A stretch of 64,000 nucleotides of DNA from Candidatus Iainarchaeum sp. (GTDB lineage: Archaea > Iainarchaeota > Iainarchaeia > Iainarchaeales > 1-14-0-10-31-34): the NCBI GenBank assembly GCA_017609625.1, contig JAFCDN010000004.1, forward strand, positions 948 through 64,947, read 5' to 3'. The first letter of the stretch is position 1, and each line of letters opens with the position of its first letter. The notes under the pieces are model-generated. The model did not search any database and was not told the origin of the DNA. It saw only the letters and a program-made list of their open reading frames with translations. The translations under genes were made by a program, and so were the position numbers. Positions 63,998 to 64,000 of this stretch are shown one piece after another.

Positions 63998-64000
63998 AAC

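Overview
The window is AT-rich (GC roughly 30%), densely coding DNA. The gene content is archaeal, and the combination of features suggests a small-genome DPANN-type archaeon; that taxon call is inference. Three replication proteins carry LAGLIDADG inteins (NrdD, MCM, Top6B), and a tRNA-Ala has two introns. The main landmarks follow.

- **Exosome superoperon (minus strand, about 5.7-12.6 kb).** It runs L15e, Rpp30, Pop5, proteasome alpha, SBDS, Rrp4, Rrp41, Rrp42, L37ae, RpoP, a small Pcc1-like protein and prefoldin beta.
- **Surface protein.** A 1227-aa multi-Ig/FN3 protein has a pilin-like N-terminus.
- **tRNAs.** tRNA-Val(GAC) and an intron-containing tRNA-Ala(GGC) sit among GC-rich hairpin islands.
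- **Other core genes.** These include an Sm protein, a MinD-type ATPase, aIF5A, MetRS, aIF2-beta, aIF1A, a Rio1 kinase, a KH protein, Top6A, Acs, an ACD-alpha-like protein, CutA, Mre11, a GGR-type reductase and AlkD.
- **Anaerobic ribonucleotide reductase.** NrdG sits next to an intein-containing NrdD whose glycyl-radical C-terminal domain lies in a separate +1-frame ORF.
- **Replication genes with inteins.** MCM and Top6B each carry a LAGLIDADG intein.
- **Most unusual locus (42.6-51.0 kb, minus strand).** Five translationally coupled paralogs (about 500 aa each) each end in a PEP-utilizing phosphohistidine swivel domain. They are followed by a stand-alone PEP-synthase-type ATP-grasp (PPDK_N) protein. 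This looks like a split, paralog-expanded PEP-synthase / rifampin-phosphotransferase-like phosphotransfer system.
- **Other oddities.**
  - A ThiI-like pair: an intact stand-alone PP-loop protein plus a THUMP protein with a degenerate PP-loop.
  - A 15-bp x8 tandem repeat encoding (KTARK)n.
  - A duplicated C-terminal tail shared by L37ae and Rrp41.
  - Recurring palindromic intergenic motifs.
  - A GC-rich candidate ncRNA.
  - A start-less ORF coupled to aIF1A.
  - A cupin gene with an in-frame TAA.
  - A HicAB-like pair at the window edge.
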